Shown piece by piece: positions 35,627 to 44,582 of a DNA stretch of 64,000 nucleotides (its first letter is position 1; each line of letters begins with the position of its first letter). Where the stretch lies: positions 97,710 through 161,709 of the forward strand of contig JACPTS010000001.1 in assembly GCA_016192685.1 (NCBI GenBank), written 5' to 3'. Source of the DNA: Candidatus Harrisonbacteria bacterium. GTDB lineage: Bacteria; Patescibacteriota; Minisyncoccia; UBA6257; 02-FULL-45-10c. Made by a program: the position numbers and the translations under genes. The notes under the pieces are model-generated. The model searched no databases. It was given only the letters and a program-made list of their open reading frames with translations, and was not told the DNA's origin.

Positions 35627-36681
35627 AAATCTCCCTTCCTAATTATATCGCCCTTTTTGAAATTTCTTTTTGCTATTTTGCCTATAACCTTCGGCAAATA
35701 TTTCGGCGGCAATCCTGTCCCCGGCCTTTTTACTTCCAAATCCTGGACTTTAATTTTTTCTCCTTTTTTAACCGGATTGGCAAACATAATGCTTCTCCGG
35801 GCGATTTTTTTCATTTCCAGTTCTTGCCGGGATAATTTAAATTCCGAACTTCCCGGCATTTGCTCCGCTTCCCTGACTTGCTTAACCAAAAAGTCCAGTT
35901 CTTTCGGATCAGCCGCGAACCAATGATCCGGTCCGGGCAGATTCTTATCCAGAGTAAAATGCTTTTCAATCATTTTTGCTCCCAGAATTACGGCGATGAC
36001 GGCCGCGGCACTGCCCTCGGTATGATCAGAATAACCGATAACGCAATCTTTATAAATCTTTTGCAAAGTTTTAATCTGCGTTAAATTCGCTTCTTTTGGC
36101 GGAGTAGGATATAAAGAAGCGCATTTTAAAATAACTATCTTATTATTATATTTTTTTATTGTGTTTACTGCGTCTTTTATTTCTTCCAAAGCGCTCATCC
36201 CCGTAGAAATAATCATCGGCTTTTTCTTTTGGGCATAATACGCCAGCATCGGAAGATTGGTCAGGTCGTCGGAACCGACCTTAATGGCCGGCATTCCGAT
36301 TTCTTTACCGCAGAGATAATCAACTGTTTTAAAACTATTGTCTTGCGGAGTGGAGAATATGATTATTCCGATTTTCTTGGCATATCCGAATAAATCCTTT
36401 TGCTTTTTTTTATTTAATTCATTCCTTTTAAACATCCCGTATTGGGACTCGGTAATTTTTCTTCCTTGGCTTTTATAGGTATACATTAAATTCTTGTCGC
36501 CGACGAAATCTTCCGTGACAAAGGATTGCAATTTAACGGCATCAGCGCCGGCTTTCTTGGCAGCCGCTATCATTTTTTTAGCCAGGTTTAAATTGCCGTT
36601 ATGATTGATGCCCAATTCCGCCACTATAAAAGTTTTATTCCTGCCGCCTATTTTTTTATTGCCGATTTTTATCTCCGTCAT
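35623..36681 (-). CDS. NeuB-family ulosonic-acid synthase (N-acetylneuraminate/pseudaminate/legionaminate synthase family)
   Basis: 352 aa. IVAELGINHNG, KLQ, YSDHTEG, IEKHFTLDK and a C-terminal SAF/antifreeze-like domain. Confidence 0.88.
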   Translation of the reverse strand: MTEIKIGNKKIGGRNKTFIVAELGINHNGNLNLAKKMIAAAKKAGADAVKLQSFVTEDFVGDKNLMYTYKSQGRKITESQYGMFKRNELNKKKQKDLFGYAKKIGIIIFSTPQDNSFKTVDYLCGKEIGMPAIKVGSDDLTNLPMLAYYAQKKKPMIISTGMSALEEIKDAVNTIKKYNNKIVILKCASLYPTPPKEANLTQIKTLQKIYKDCVIGYSDHTEGSAAAVIAVILGAKMIEKHFTLDKNLPGPDHWFAADPKELDFLVKQVREAEQMPGSSEFKLSRQELEMKKIARRSIMFANPVKKGEKIKVQDLEVKRPGTGLPPKYLPKVIGKIAKRNFKKGDIIRKGDL

Positions 36682-37346
36682 TTGAATTGGTAAGTGCCGT
36701 TTTTAATTTGCCTCACTCCTTGTTTTTCTAATTTAATTCTTTCTTTCATCGCTCTGCTTTTACGGGCCCGGGTAATAATTTTACGCCAAGCTTCCGGCTC
36801 ATACTCCATAACGATATCTTCGGCCGATTTTATTTTTAACTTTGATAAGTTAAGCATTTTTTTTAACGGCCGCAAATCAGCAACATATTTTATCATTGCC
36901 AGAATGCGCGGCAAATGATGTTCATTTGAAATTACAACAGCGCTACGAAATACTCCTCCTTTAAGTATCTTTTGTAATTCTTTCAACTGCTGATAGGTAG
37001 TGCCGGATTTTTCTTCTTTAATTATATTTTTTGCCGGAATGCCAAGTTTAACCAATTCTTCTTTTATCACGCTGGCTAAAGTAATTTTTCCGGGTAAAAC
37101 ATCCTTTAGCTGGCCCTTGCCGCCAGAGGCAATAATTAATTGCTTCGGATTTTCTTTGTATAAAAAACCGGCAGCTATCACTCTTAATCTGTCTCCGCTA
37201 ATGCCGAAATTATCGCCTGTATCGTCAAAAGTAGTAGTGCGCCAGCGACCGCCTTCTTTTACCAAACCGCCGCCAAAAATTACCAAGACATCTAAATTCT
37301 TCATTATTATATAGAACAAAAAATTGGGGCGGCAGTAACAAATCAA
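36678..37346 (-). CDS. DUF218 (YdcF/ElyC/SanA-like) protein
   Basis: 222 aa. IFGGG...IASGG pattern typical of DUF218. Confidence 0.65.
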   Translation of the reverse strand: MICYCRPNFLFYIIMKNLDVLVIFGGGLVKEGGRWRTTTFDDTGDNFGISGDRLRVIAAGFLYKENPKQLIIASGGKGQLKDVLPGKITLASVIKEELVKLGIPAKNIIKEEKSGTTYQQLKELQKILKGGVFRSAVVISNEHHLPRILAMIKYVADLRPLKKMLNLSKLKIKSAEDIVMEYEPEAWRKIITRARKSRAMKERIKLEKQGVRQIKNGTYQFK

Positions 37347-37840
37347 GTAACAATTAGATCAACTTCTTCCCCGTTTTTAATATAAAGCGCATTTGCTTCA
37401 TCAGTATCCAGATGAACCCGAAAATCAAAATTTGGGCTCACCCGAACCAGCACTTTATCCAATCGGCCGGCCCGGACGCCGCCTTTTTGAATAGCCACTT
37501 CATCGCCGTCTTTTAATCCGAGTTCCTGGGCTTGGCGGTCAGAAATATGCAGATGCCGCAATGTTACGGCATATCCGGTTTCTTTATTTCTTTTCCATTT
37601 TGGCGCTGTATCGCGGCCAAAACGCTTAATCCAATCAGTTAAAGACAATTCAAATTGGTCCTCCGATCGGCAAGGCATAATCACCCGAAAATCCTCCATT
37701 CCGTCGTTATAATATTCTTTACTCGCCCATTGTTCCGGCTGGGATAAATCTTTCAGCTTAGTCAATTTCAAACCGGATTTTTTTAAAGTTTCCTCGGTTA
37801 AATGACAATGCTTATTGGAAACCTCGCAGATTACTTTCAT
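37343..37840 (-). CDS. PduL-family phosphate acyltransferase-like protein
   Basis: 165 aa. Two PduL half-repeats: VSNKHCHL and RHLHIS...LGLKDGDEV...GVRAGRLDKVLVRVSPNFDFRVHLDTDEANA. The latter closely matches the Salmonella PduL C-repeat (RHIHMS...LGVKDGDSV...VRVSPKF...HLDTDEANA). Confidence 0.7.
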   Translation of the reverse strand: MKVICEVSNKHCHLTEETLKKSGLKLTKLKDLSQPEQWASKEYYNDGMEDFRVIMPCRSEDQFELSLTDWIKRFGRDTAPKWKRNKETGYAVTLRHLHISDRQAQELGLKDGDEVAIQKGGVRAGRLDKVLVRVSPNFDFRVHLDTDEANALYIKNGEEVDLIVT

Positions 37841-37849
37841 AATTTATTT

Positions 37850-38887
37850 TCAAACTTGGTGCAAATCCGCTTCTTCTACCAAACGCAACAATTCACTTAG
37901 ATCTAATTTAGGAGCGTGTTCGGAAGAAAATTGAATTCCCTTAACTCCCTTAACCGTTGAAGGATAAACCTTAGCGTATTCCCTATTATTTACTTTCTCA
38001 TGGGGAGTTAAAATATACATGTCCTCGGTTTCTAAAACTTTGTCCACCTCATGATTGGCTAAAAGCTGTTCATGAAATTTTTCTCCATCCCGCGCCCCAA
38101 TAACTTTAATCTTTACGTCTTCCTTTTTTTTACCGGCCAAAGGAGCGTAATAATGCACGGCCGCGTCAATTAAATCTCCCAACCGAACCGAGGGCATCTT
38201 CAAAATAAAAATTTCCTGGCCCTGGCTTAAGTTTGCCGCCCGCAAAACCAAATTAACAGCCTGGGGAATGGTCATGACAAACCTGGTCATGTCCGGAGCC
38301 GTAATTGTTATTTCTTTATTGCCAAAAATCTGTTTCCTTAAAAGCGGAAGGAGGCTGCCGCGGCTGCCCAAAACATTGCCGAAACGGACGCAAGAAAACT
38401 TAGTCCTTTTACCGCCTCCATAATAATAGGTGGCTAAAAAAAGTTTTTCAGCCATCAGTTTGGAAACACCCAAAACGCCCTGCGGTTCGGCAACTTTATC
38501 GGTGGAAATCCCGATTACTTGTTCCACATTTTCTTCCCGCGCCGCCTCAATTACATTTTGAACACCGATAATATTAGTTTTTACGGCTTCAAAAGGATTA
38601 TATTCGCAGATTGGAACTTGTTTTAGGGCGGCGGCATGAAAAACAATATCCACGCCATCCATTGCCATTCGCAAACGATCTTTATCTCGAACATCTCCCA
38701 CTATAAATCTAAGCGTTGAATTACCCAAACCAAAATCATGCATCAAATGATAATGGCGGTCTTCATGCCGGGCAAAAATTCGGATTGCCTTGGGATTATA
38801 TTTAAGAAGCTGACGGACAATCTCTAAGCCGATAGAACCTGTGCCGCCGGTCACTAAAATTGTTTTACCTTCAAATTGATTTTTCAT
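37850..38887 (-). CDS. UDP-GlcNAc 4,6-dehydratase (PseB/FlaA1/CapD family)
   Basis: 345 aa. ILVTGGTGSIG, HAAALKQVP, and the TDKAxxP-like block (ISTDKVAEP). Confidence 0.85.
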   Translation of the reverse strand: MKNQFEGKTILVTGGTGSIGLEIVRQLLKYNPKAIRIFARHEDRHYHLMHDFGLGNSTLRFIVGDVRDKDRLRMAMDGVDIVFHAAALKQVPICEYNPFEAVKTNIIGVQNVIEAAREENVEQVIGISTDKVAEPQGVLGVSKLMAEKLFLATYYYGGGKRTKFSCVRFGNVLGSRGSLLPLLRKQIFGNKEITITAPDMTRFVMTIPQAVNLVLRAANLSQGQEIFILKMPSVRLGDLIDAAVHYYAPLAGKKKEDVKIKVIGARDGEKFHEQLLANHEVDKVLETEDMYILTPHEKVNNREYAKVYPSTVKGVKGIQFSSEHAPKLDLSELLRLVEEADLHQV

Positions 38888-40014
38888 TGTTTTTTAATAG
38901 TAGAGATTAATTTTTCGCAAATATATTTGATGTCTGATTCTTTTAAACCAATATAAAAAGGCAACGCCACTGCTTTATTGCTAACATTTTCAGAAATTGG
39001 AAAGTCACCTTCTTTATAACCAAACAAGTTCTTGTAAAAACTAAACAAATGTATAGAAGGCAAATACGGCTTCGTGCTAATTCCTTCCGCTGCTAATTTT
39101 TCAATCAGCTGATTCCGGTTTATTTTTTTATTTTTAAGCGAAACTACATAGACAAACCAGGTGTGGATATTAGCTGGAGCAATAACGGGAACCTGAATGA
39201 AATCGGAATGCGGCTTTAAATATTTTGTATACATTTCAGCAACCTTTCTTCGTTCTGATAAAAGAAAATCAATCTTCTCAATCTGGGCCAATCCGGCAGC
39301 CGCGCTTAATTCATCCATCCGATAGTTATAGCCAAGCCGCTCATGATCCAGCCATTGCATATTTTCCGCCCGGCCCTGATTCCGAAGACTGCGGAATAGT
39401 TGGTCTGATTTTTTATCATTAGTGACAATCATCCCGCCCTCGCCGGTGGTCATTTGCTTATTGGGATAAAAAGCGAAAACCGCTGATTCGCCAAAAGTGC
39501 CAACTTTCCTCCCCTTATAAGTAGCGCCAATGCTTTCGCAGACATCTTCAATGATTTTTAATTTGTATTTTTTGGCGATTTTCATTATCGGATCCATATC
39601 AGTCGCTTGGCCGAAAATATGCACCGCTAAAATCGCTTTGGTTTTTTTGGTAATCTTTTCTTCAATTTTTGCCGGGTTCATATTATAGGTAACCGGATCA
39701 ATATCAACAAAAACCGGCTTAGCGCCGACATATAAAATAGAATTCGCCGAAGCGACAAAAGAAAATGGGGTAGTAATCACTTCATCGCCCGGACCGATGC
39801 CGGCGGCAATCATGGTTAAATGCAACCCAGCCGTGCCGCTGGAAACCGCGCAAGCATATTTAACTCCCATAAAATCAGCGAATTTCTTTTCAAATAATTC
39901 TATTTTAGGGCCAATGCTCAAAATCCCGGAGCGCAAAACTTCTAGAACGTATTGTTCTTCTTTTTTGGTAATATAAGGTTTTGCTATTGAATATTTCTTT
40001 TTTGTTTTTTTCAT
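38884..40014 (-). CDS. DegT-family PLP-dependent aminotransferase (PseC-like)
   Basis: Start placed at the internal Met (MKKTKKKYSIAKPYITKKEE...); the ORF track extends to 40194. Typical DegT N-terminus and FSFVASANS / PLP region. Confidence 0.85.
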   Translation of the reverse strand: MKKTKKKYSIAKPYITKKEEQYVLEVLRSGILSIGPKIELFEKKFADFMGVKYACAVSSGTAGLHLTMIAAGIGPGDEVITTPFSFVASANSILYVGAKPVFVDIDPVTYNMNPAKIEEKITKKTKAILAVHIFGQATDMDPIMKIAKKYKLKIIEDVCESIGATYKGRKVGTFGESAVFAFYPNKQMTTGEGGMIVTNDKKSDQLFRSLRNQGRAENMQWLDHERLGYNYRMDELSAAAGLAQIEKIDFLLSERRKVAEMYTKYLKPHSDFIQVPVIAPANIHTWFVYVVSLKNKKINRNQLIEKLAAEGISTKPYLPSIHLFSFYKNLFGYKEGDFPISENVSNKAVALPFYIGLKESDIKYICEKLISTIKKQ

Positions 40015-40115
40015 TTTAAATGCGTTACTGCTATCTATATAAAACCAAAAAATAAGCCTAAAAGTTTTTAATGAAAATCCACGCAATGGCGTGGATTTTG
40101 TGTAAAGATTATTCT

Positions 40116-40550
40116 TTATTTTTTCCTCCGTTTTCTCAATTTTTCCGAATATTCTTCTGTGGTCATTAAAAATCTGGCCGGTGAACCAGCCCAAACTTCA
40201 TTAGGCGGCAAATCTTTATTTACAAAACTCTGCGCTCCGACAATGGTATTTTCACCAACAGTAATGCCCGGCATCACGATGCTATGCGAACCGATTCGGC
40301 AATTCTTTTTAAGAACCACCAACCCTTGTTTATCATCAATAGTAGAGGCTGAATAAAGGGTGCAATGGGAGCCTATTTGTACTTCATCTTCAATCGTCAC
40401 GCCATGGTGCGCGAAAATCGCGGTAAATGCTCCGATATCTGTTTTTTTACCAAGCTTAAAATTCTCCGGACGATAAACTACCCAATTCCATTTGGTAAGT
40501 TTTCCGTGCTCAATTTTTGGCAGTTGCCAATTTTTAAATCGATTATTCAT
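40116..40550 (-). CDS. hexapeptide-repeat (LbH) acetyltransferase
   Basis: 144 aa. IGSHCTLYSASTI, IGSHSIVMPGITVGENTIVGAQSFV. Confidence 0.8.
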   Translation of the reverse strand: MNNRFKNWQLPKIEHGKLTKWNWVVYRPENFKLGKKTDIGAFTAIFAHHGVTIEDEVQIGSHCTLYSASTIDDKQGLVVLKKNCRIGSHSIVMPGITVGENTIVGAQSFVNKDLPPNEVWAGSPARFLMTTEEYSEKLRKRRKK

Positions 40551-40557
40551 AAATTAA

Positions 40558-41235
40558 TTATTTAATTTTAAAAAGTTTCTTAGCTAATTCAAGGTCTTCA
40601 AAAGTATCTATGTCAACACTTCTTTCAAATGGTATCACGTATTTGCCCAAATCTTTTCCATAATATTTTTTCTCTTTCAAAAAATTAGCAACCTTCACCC
40701 AGCGCACCGCTCCCGAGGGGCAATAGACTTTGGGCAATTTTTTTGAATCAACCAAATATTTTTTCCCAAAAAAGAAATCCAGACGCCCATTTTTTTCTTC
40801 CAGTGCCCAAAACGGATACAGCCAATAGTAATCAACCACGCTCATTAAGCAATTTTTCTTTAATTTCCGTAAAATTTCGTAGGATTTCTTGACGTCTTCC
40901 GAATTTCGCAAGGGGCAATTCGGCATCAGCAGGCATAAATAATCAAATTTTGTTTTAACATTTTTCAACAAATGCGCGGTCACGTCTTCTAATGACGCCT
41001 TATCGCCGGAAATTTCCGCCGGGCGAAGAATCTTTTTAACGCCTTTATAAGAATCGGCCGCGTTTAATATTTCCTCTGAATCAGAAGAAATATAAATACT
41101 ATCGCCAAAAAGCCCTGATTTTATAGCCGCTTCAATTGTATGGGCAATCATCGGCTTGCCGTGAAAATCAACAATATTCTTTTTGGGAATTCTTTTTGAA
41201 CCGCCCCTGGCCGGAATAAGACAAATATTTTTCAT
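40558..41235 (-). CDS. acylneuraminate cytidylyltransferase family (CMP-ulosonic-acid synthetase)
   Basis: 225 aa. N-terminal ICLIPARGGSKRIPKKN signature. Confidence 0.85.
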   Translation of the reverse strand: MKNICLIPARGGSKRIPKKNIVDFHGKPMIAHTIEAAIKSGLFGDSIYISSDSEEILNAADSYKGVKKILRPAEISGDKASLEDVTAHLLKNVKTKFDYLCLLMPNCPLRNSEDVKKSYEILRKLKKNCLMSVVDYYWLYPFWALEEKNGRLDFFFGKKYLVDSKKLPKVYCPSGAVRWVKVANFLKEKKYYGKDLGKYVIPFERSVDIDTFEDLELAKKLFKIK

Positions 41236-42086
41236 ATTGTTTTGAATTCAATCGCCAGAGCCGTGGCTTCGGCCTGGGCAATATGAGTCATATGAGTTCT
41301 TTTGCTCTCAATTTCCCGAATACGAGAAAGCATGCCAACAAGACCCTGACGATGATACGCGCCAAGAATAACTTTACCCATTTCATCGGCATTGCGGCTC
41401 TCGGCAAACTCAATCATGCCGTCAGTAAATAAAAGCAAAGTCTTTAATTCTTTCAGCGGTAAAGTTGTTTTATACCAGCTATTTTCCGCTCCTGACTGGC
41501 CATTAAGAACAACTGCCTTTTTATCTAAATTTTTATTTACTCTTTCAATCCGCAATTTAGCGGAGATAGGCATATATTCAAGCCAGGCTCTATTGCGATC
41601 GCCGTGGTATTTTTTAATAATGTTATTAATAATATTGATACACTCTTCTTCATTAAGAATATTTTGATTTGATGTTGCTCCTATTTCCCCGTTAGTTTTT
41701 TCCCATACCGCATAGCAATCGCCCCCCTGCAAAATTTGGATGCCGTCTTCTCCTATTTTTACAAAAGCAAAAGCCATTCCCGGCAATAAGTCCGCGCGAT
41801 TCATATCAATCCCCTGCGATTCAGAAAATTCCCGAAGTCGGGCATTTGCTTTTTTTACAACCGCGATCAATTCGTCGCTATCGTTCGCTTGAGTAAAAAC
41901 CTCATCCACTATTTCAACGGCCTTTTGCCCGCCGGATTTGCCGCCAAAAAGCCTTGGCCCGACTGCCGGGTCATAAAGTCCGCTTACTCCATCCAGCACT
42001 CCAAAAAACGGCGGGTGAAAAACAAGTCTATCTTCCAAAATCTTTGCCGTTCCCGAATCATAAAGAGTTTTTACCCGAAAATCCAT
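41232..42086 (-). CDS. PP2C/SpoIIE-like protein phosphatase domain protein
   Basis: 284 aa. GVLDGVSG (cf. PP2C GxxDGHGG), GGDCYAVW, and LLFTDGMIE (cf. the DG[LV]WD motif). Assignment is moderate. Confidence 0.55.
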   Translation of the reverse strand: MDFRVKTLYDSGTAKILEDRLVFHPPFFGVLDGVSGLYDPAVGPRLFGGKSGGQKAVEIVDEVFTQANDSDELIAVVKKANARLREFSESQGIDMNRADLLPGMAFAFVKIGEDGIQILQGGDCYAVWEKTNGEIGATSNQNILNEEECINIINNIIKKYHGDRNRAWLEYMPISAKLRIERVNKNLDKKAVVLNGQSGAENSWYKTTLPLKELKTLLLFTDGMIEFAESRNADEMGKVILGAYHRQGLVGMLSRIREIESKRTHMTHIAQAEATALAIEFKTI

Positions 42087-42092
42087 AATATT

Positions 42093-43103
42093 TTAAAAGT
42101 CAGAATATTTTAATATCGTATTTTTAACCAAATCCCGTTTAGCTCTTTTTCCAAGCACCTTAGCCATTTCCGAAGAAGGAATTCCGGTCCCGGGCCTTTT
42201 GACTCCCAGCAGATCCTCGGTTATTTTGGTTCCCTTTGAAATATTTACATTGGCAACCAGACTGCGCCGGAAAGCTTTCCGCATTTCTTTTTCTCTCGCC
42301 CCGGGCGCGATATTTTTTTCATTGGAATTAACAGCTTTATCAAAAAATCTGATTTGCTCAGCCATCTTTTTAAATTCCGCCGGGTCAGCCGAACTTGGCT
42401 GGTCCGGGCCGGGCATGTTTTTATCCAAAGTAAAATGCTTTTCAATTATTTTAGCTCCCAAAGCAACCGCAGCAACCGGCGCGAAAATATCCAGAGTATG
42501 GTCAGAATAACCGATAATGTGTTCGGGGAAAGCTCTTTTTAAAATTCCAATTCTTTGCAAATTCAATTCTTCGGCTTTAGGCGGATACAGCGAAACACAG
42601 TGTAAAATCCCCAGATTCTTTTTCCGGTCTTTTAAAATTTGGACTGCTTCTTCTATTTCTTCCATATCTCCCAAGCCAACTGAAATAATTATCGGTTTTT
42701 TTGTTTTAACAACTTCCTTCAATAAAAAATGGTTATTTAAATCGCAAGAAGCAATTTTAAAAAGCGGGGCGCCGATTTTCTCCAGCATTGCGATTGACCG
42801 CTTTCCGAAAACCGACGCGAAAAAAATAATTCCTTCCTTTTTGGCAAAATCAGCCAATTTAACATAGTCATCGCCGGATAATTCCCAGCCCTTTAACATT
42901 TCAAAAAAACTCTGCCCGCCCTTAACATGCTCCGCTTTCCGCGCTTCCTCAATAATCAACTCTTCGGTTTTAAAGGCCTGAAATTTTACCGCGTCAGCAC
43001 CGCAGGCTTTTGCCGCGGTAATCAGTTTTTTAGCGGTCTCAAAATCACCGTTATGGTTAATACCGGCTTCGGCAATGATAAAAACGGAGTCTTTTTTAAA
43101 CAT
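42093..43103 (-). CDS. NeuB-family ulosonic-acid synthase (second copy)
   Basis: 336 aa. IIAEAGINHNGD, KFQ, YSDHT, IEKHFTLDK and a C-terminal SAF domain. Confidence 0.88.
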   Translation of the reverse strand: MFKKDSVFIIAEAGINHNGDFETAKKLITAAKACGADAVKFQAFKTEELIIEEARKAEHVKGGQSFFEMLKGWELSGDDYVKLADFAKKEGIIFFASVFGKRSIAMLEKIGAPLFKIASCDLNNHFLLKEVVKTKKPIIISVGLGDMEEIEEAVQILKDRKKNLGILHCVSLYPPKAEELNLQRIGILKRAFPEHIIGYSDHTLDIFAPVAAVALGAKIIEKHFTLDKNMPGPDQPSSADPAEFKKMAEQIRFFDKAVNSNEKNIAPGAREKEMRKAFRRSLVANVNISKGTKITEDLLGVKRPGTGIPSSEMAKVLGKRAKRDLVKNTILKYSDF

Positions 43104-43136
43104 ATTATTAAGATGGATTCTAATATAGAACCTTTA

Positions 43137-44582
43137 TTAAGATGGCGCTGTTTCCAGCTCGGAAAGAATCAGCCGCGAAAGATTTTTAATGTTTTCTTCC
43201 TTGCTTATTCCGGAAAGTTCTTTTCCAACTAAATCAAAATAGGCCTGGACACTGGATTGATCCAGGGCCGCCAAGTAATTAAACATTAACTCGGGGCTAA
43301 CCCCGAATCCTTGCCGGATTCTCCAAATGGCATCTTTGCAACTTTCAACATTATTAACTTTGAAAACGCCGGAACATTCCTTATACCAGGGAAAACCAAA
43401 AACTAAAACCGGTTTTGCCCTCATTAACGCCTCCCAGCCCGCGGTTCCGCTCACCGTAGCCAATACCTGGCAATTTCTGATTAATTCATGGGTGCCGGTG
43501 GCCATTGGCACGAGGCGTACATTTGGCAATCGGGCAATAGATTTATAAAAACCTCGGTAACGGCAATTAAAAAAATTAAGCCCGCGAGGCAGCCACTGCG
43601 ACGGGTGCTCTTTTACATAAATCAGCCAATCAGAAGGAACGCTAGCGGCTAAAATCTCAATCATTAAAATTTGATTAACAAATACGCCGCCTTGAGGGCT
43701 GGAAGTCCGCTCCGGTTGATAATTCAGAGGGACGTAAATAAACGGTTTGGTAAAATCAGCGGGCAAGGCTACGCTTTCATATTCAGTTTTCAGGTTTTCG
43801 CGAAAAATTTTTGAAATAAAATTAAACGTTTTTCCAAAAAAAGTGAGGTTAACGAGGCTGTCCCTGATCATTTTAATTTTGGTAAAAATAGCTTTCTTCC
43901 CGATATAATTCTTTTTTAATTTTTGGATGTTCCGCGGAACCATATCGGATAATTGCTCTTGATAATGCCGCCGCATATCTTCCCGCAGATCCGCTAAAAC
44001 AAATTTCCGGCCCCGATTATCTTGCAATGCTTTCTCTAAAGATCGGCTGCCGATTCGATAATCATTCATTAATAACATCCGGTCAAATTGGACAATTCTT
44101 TCAAATATAATATTTTTTATATTTAACAATTCACATATGGAAAAAATAATAAAATCATAAACAGTATGGGGAATATCATTGTGGATGACAACATCCGGTT
44201 TCAAAGTTTGGATAACTCCGTACCAATACCGCACCAAGTCAAAATAAATTTGCTTCCGTTCGGAAACGCCGATATCTTTATATTTTTTATTCATCATGCT
44301 CAAAACTGCTGATTCGGCTTCATACAACTTTGCGATTAAATCCTCTCCCGGGGGGAAAAAATTAGAAGTGTTTATCTCCTTTGCGGGAAGGCCCGCCACA
44401 GCATCTTCATGAGAGTGCCAGATGACTCCGGAAAATTCTTTGCTGTCGGCGATTTTTCCTATACCAGTTCCAGCCCAAGTCCAATAAACAATTTTATGCG
44501 ATTGTTTCTGAAGTTCTTTGGCAACTTCCACCAATCCAAGACCGTCATCAACAGACCAGCCAATTATAAATATCCGTTTCAT
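43137..44582 (-). CDS. capsule-polysaccharide-biosynthesis-like protein (KpsC/KpsS/LpsZ, PF05159-like; putative ulosonic-acid transferase)
   Basis: 481 aa. FIYVPLNYQPE...QILMIE...IYVKEHPSQ...VSGTAGWEALM pattern. Paralog of 44579-46072. Confidence 0.5.
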   Translation of the reverse strand: MKRIFIIGWSVDDGLGLVEVAKELQKQSHKIVYWTWAGTGIGKIADSKEFSGVIWHSHEDAVAGLPAKEINTSNFFPPGEDLIAKLYEAESAVLSMMNKKYKDIGVSERKQIYFDLVRYWYGVIQTLKPDVVIHNDIPHTVYDFIIFSICELLNIKNIIFERIVQFDRMLLMNDYRIGSRSLEKALQDNRGRKFVLADLREDMRRHYQEQLSDMVPRNIQKLKKNYIGKKAIFTKIKMIRDSLVNLTFFGKTFNFISKIFRENLKTEYESVALPADFTKPFIYVPLNYQPERTSSPQGGVFVNQILMIEILAASVPSDWLIYVKEHPSQWLPRGLNFFNCRYRGFYKSIARLPNVRLVPMATGTHELIRNCQVLATVSGTAGWEALMRAKPVLVFGFPWYKECSGVFKVNNVESCKDAIWRIRQGFGVSPELMFNYLAALDQSSVQAYFDLVGKELSGISKEENIKNLSRLILSELETAPS

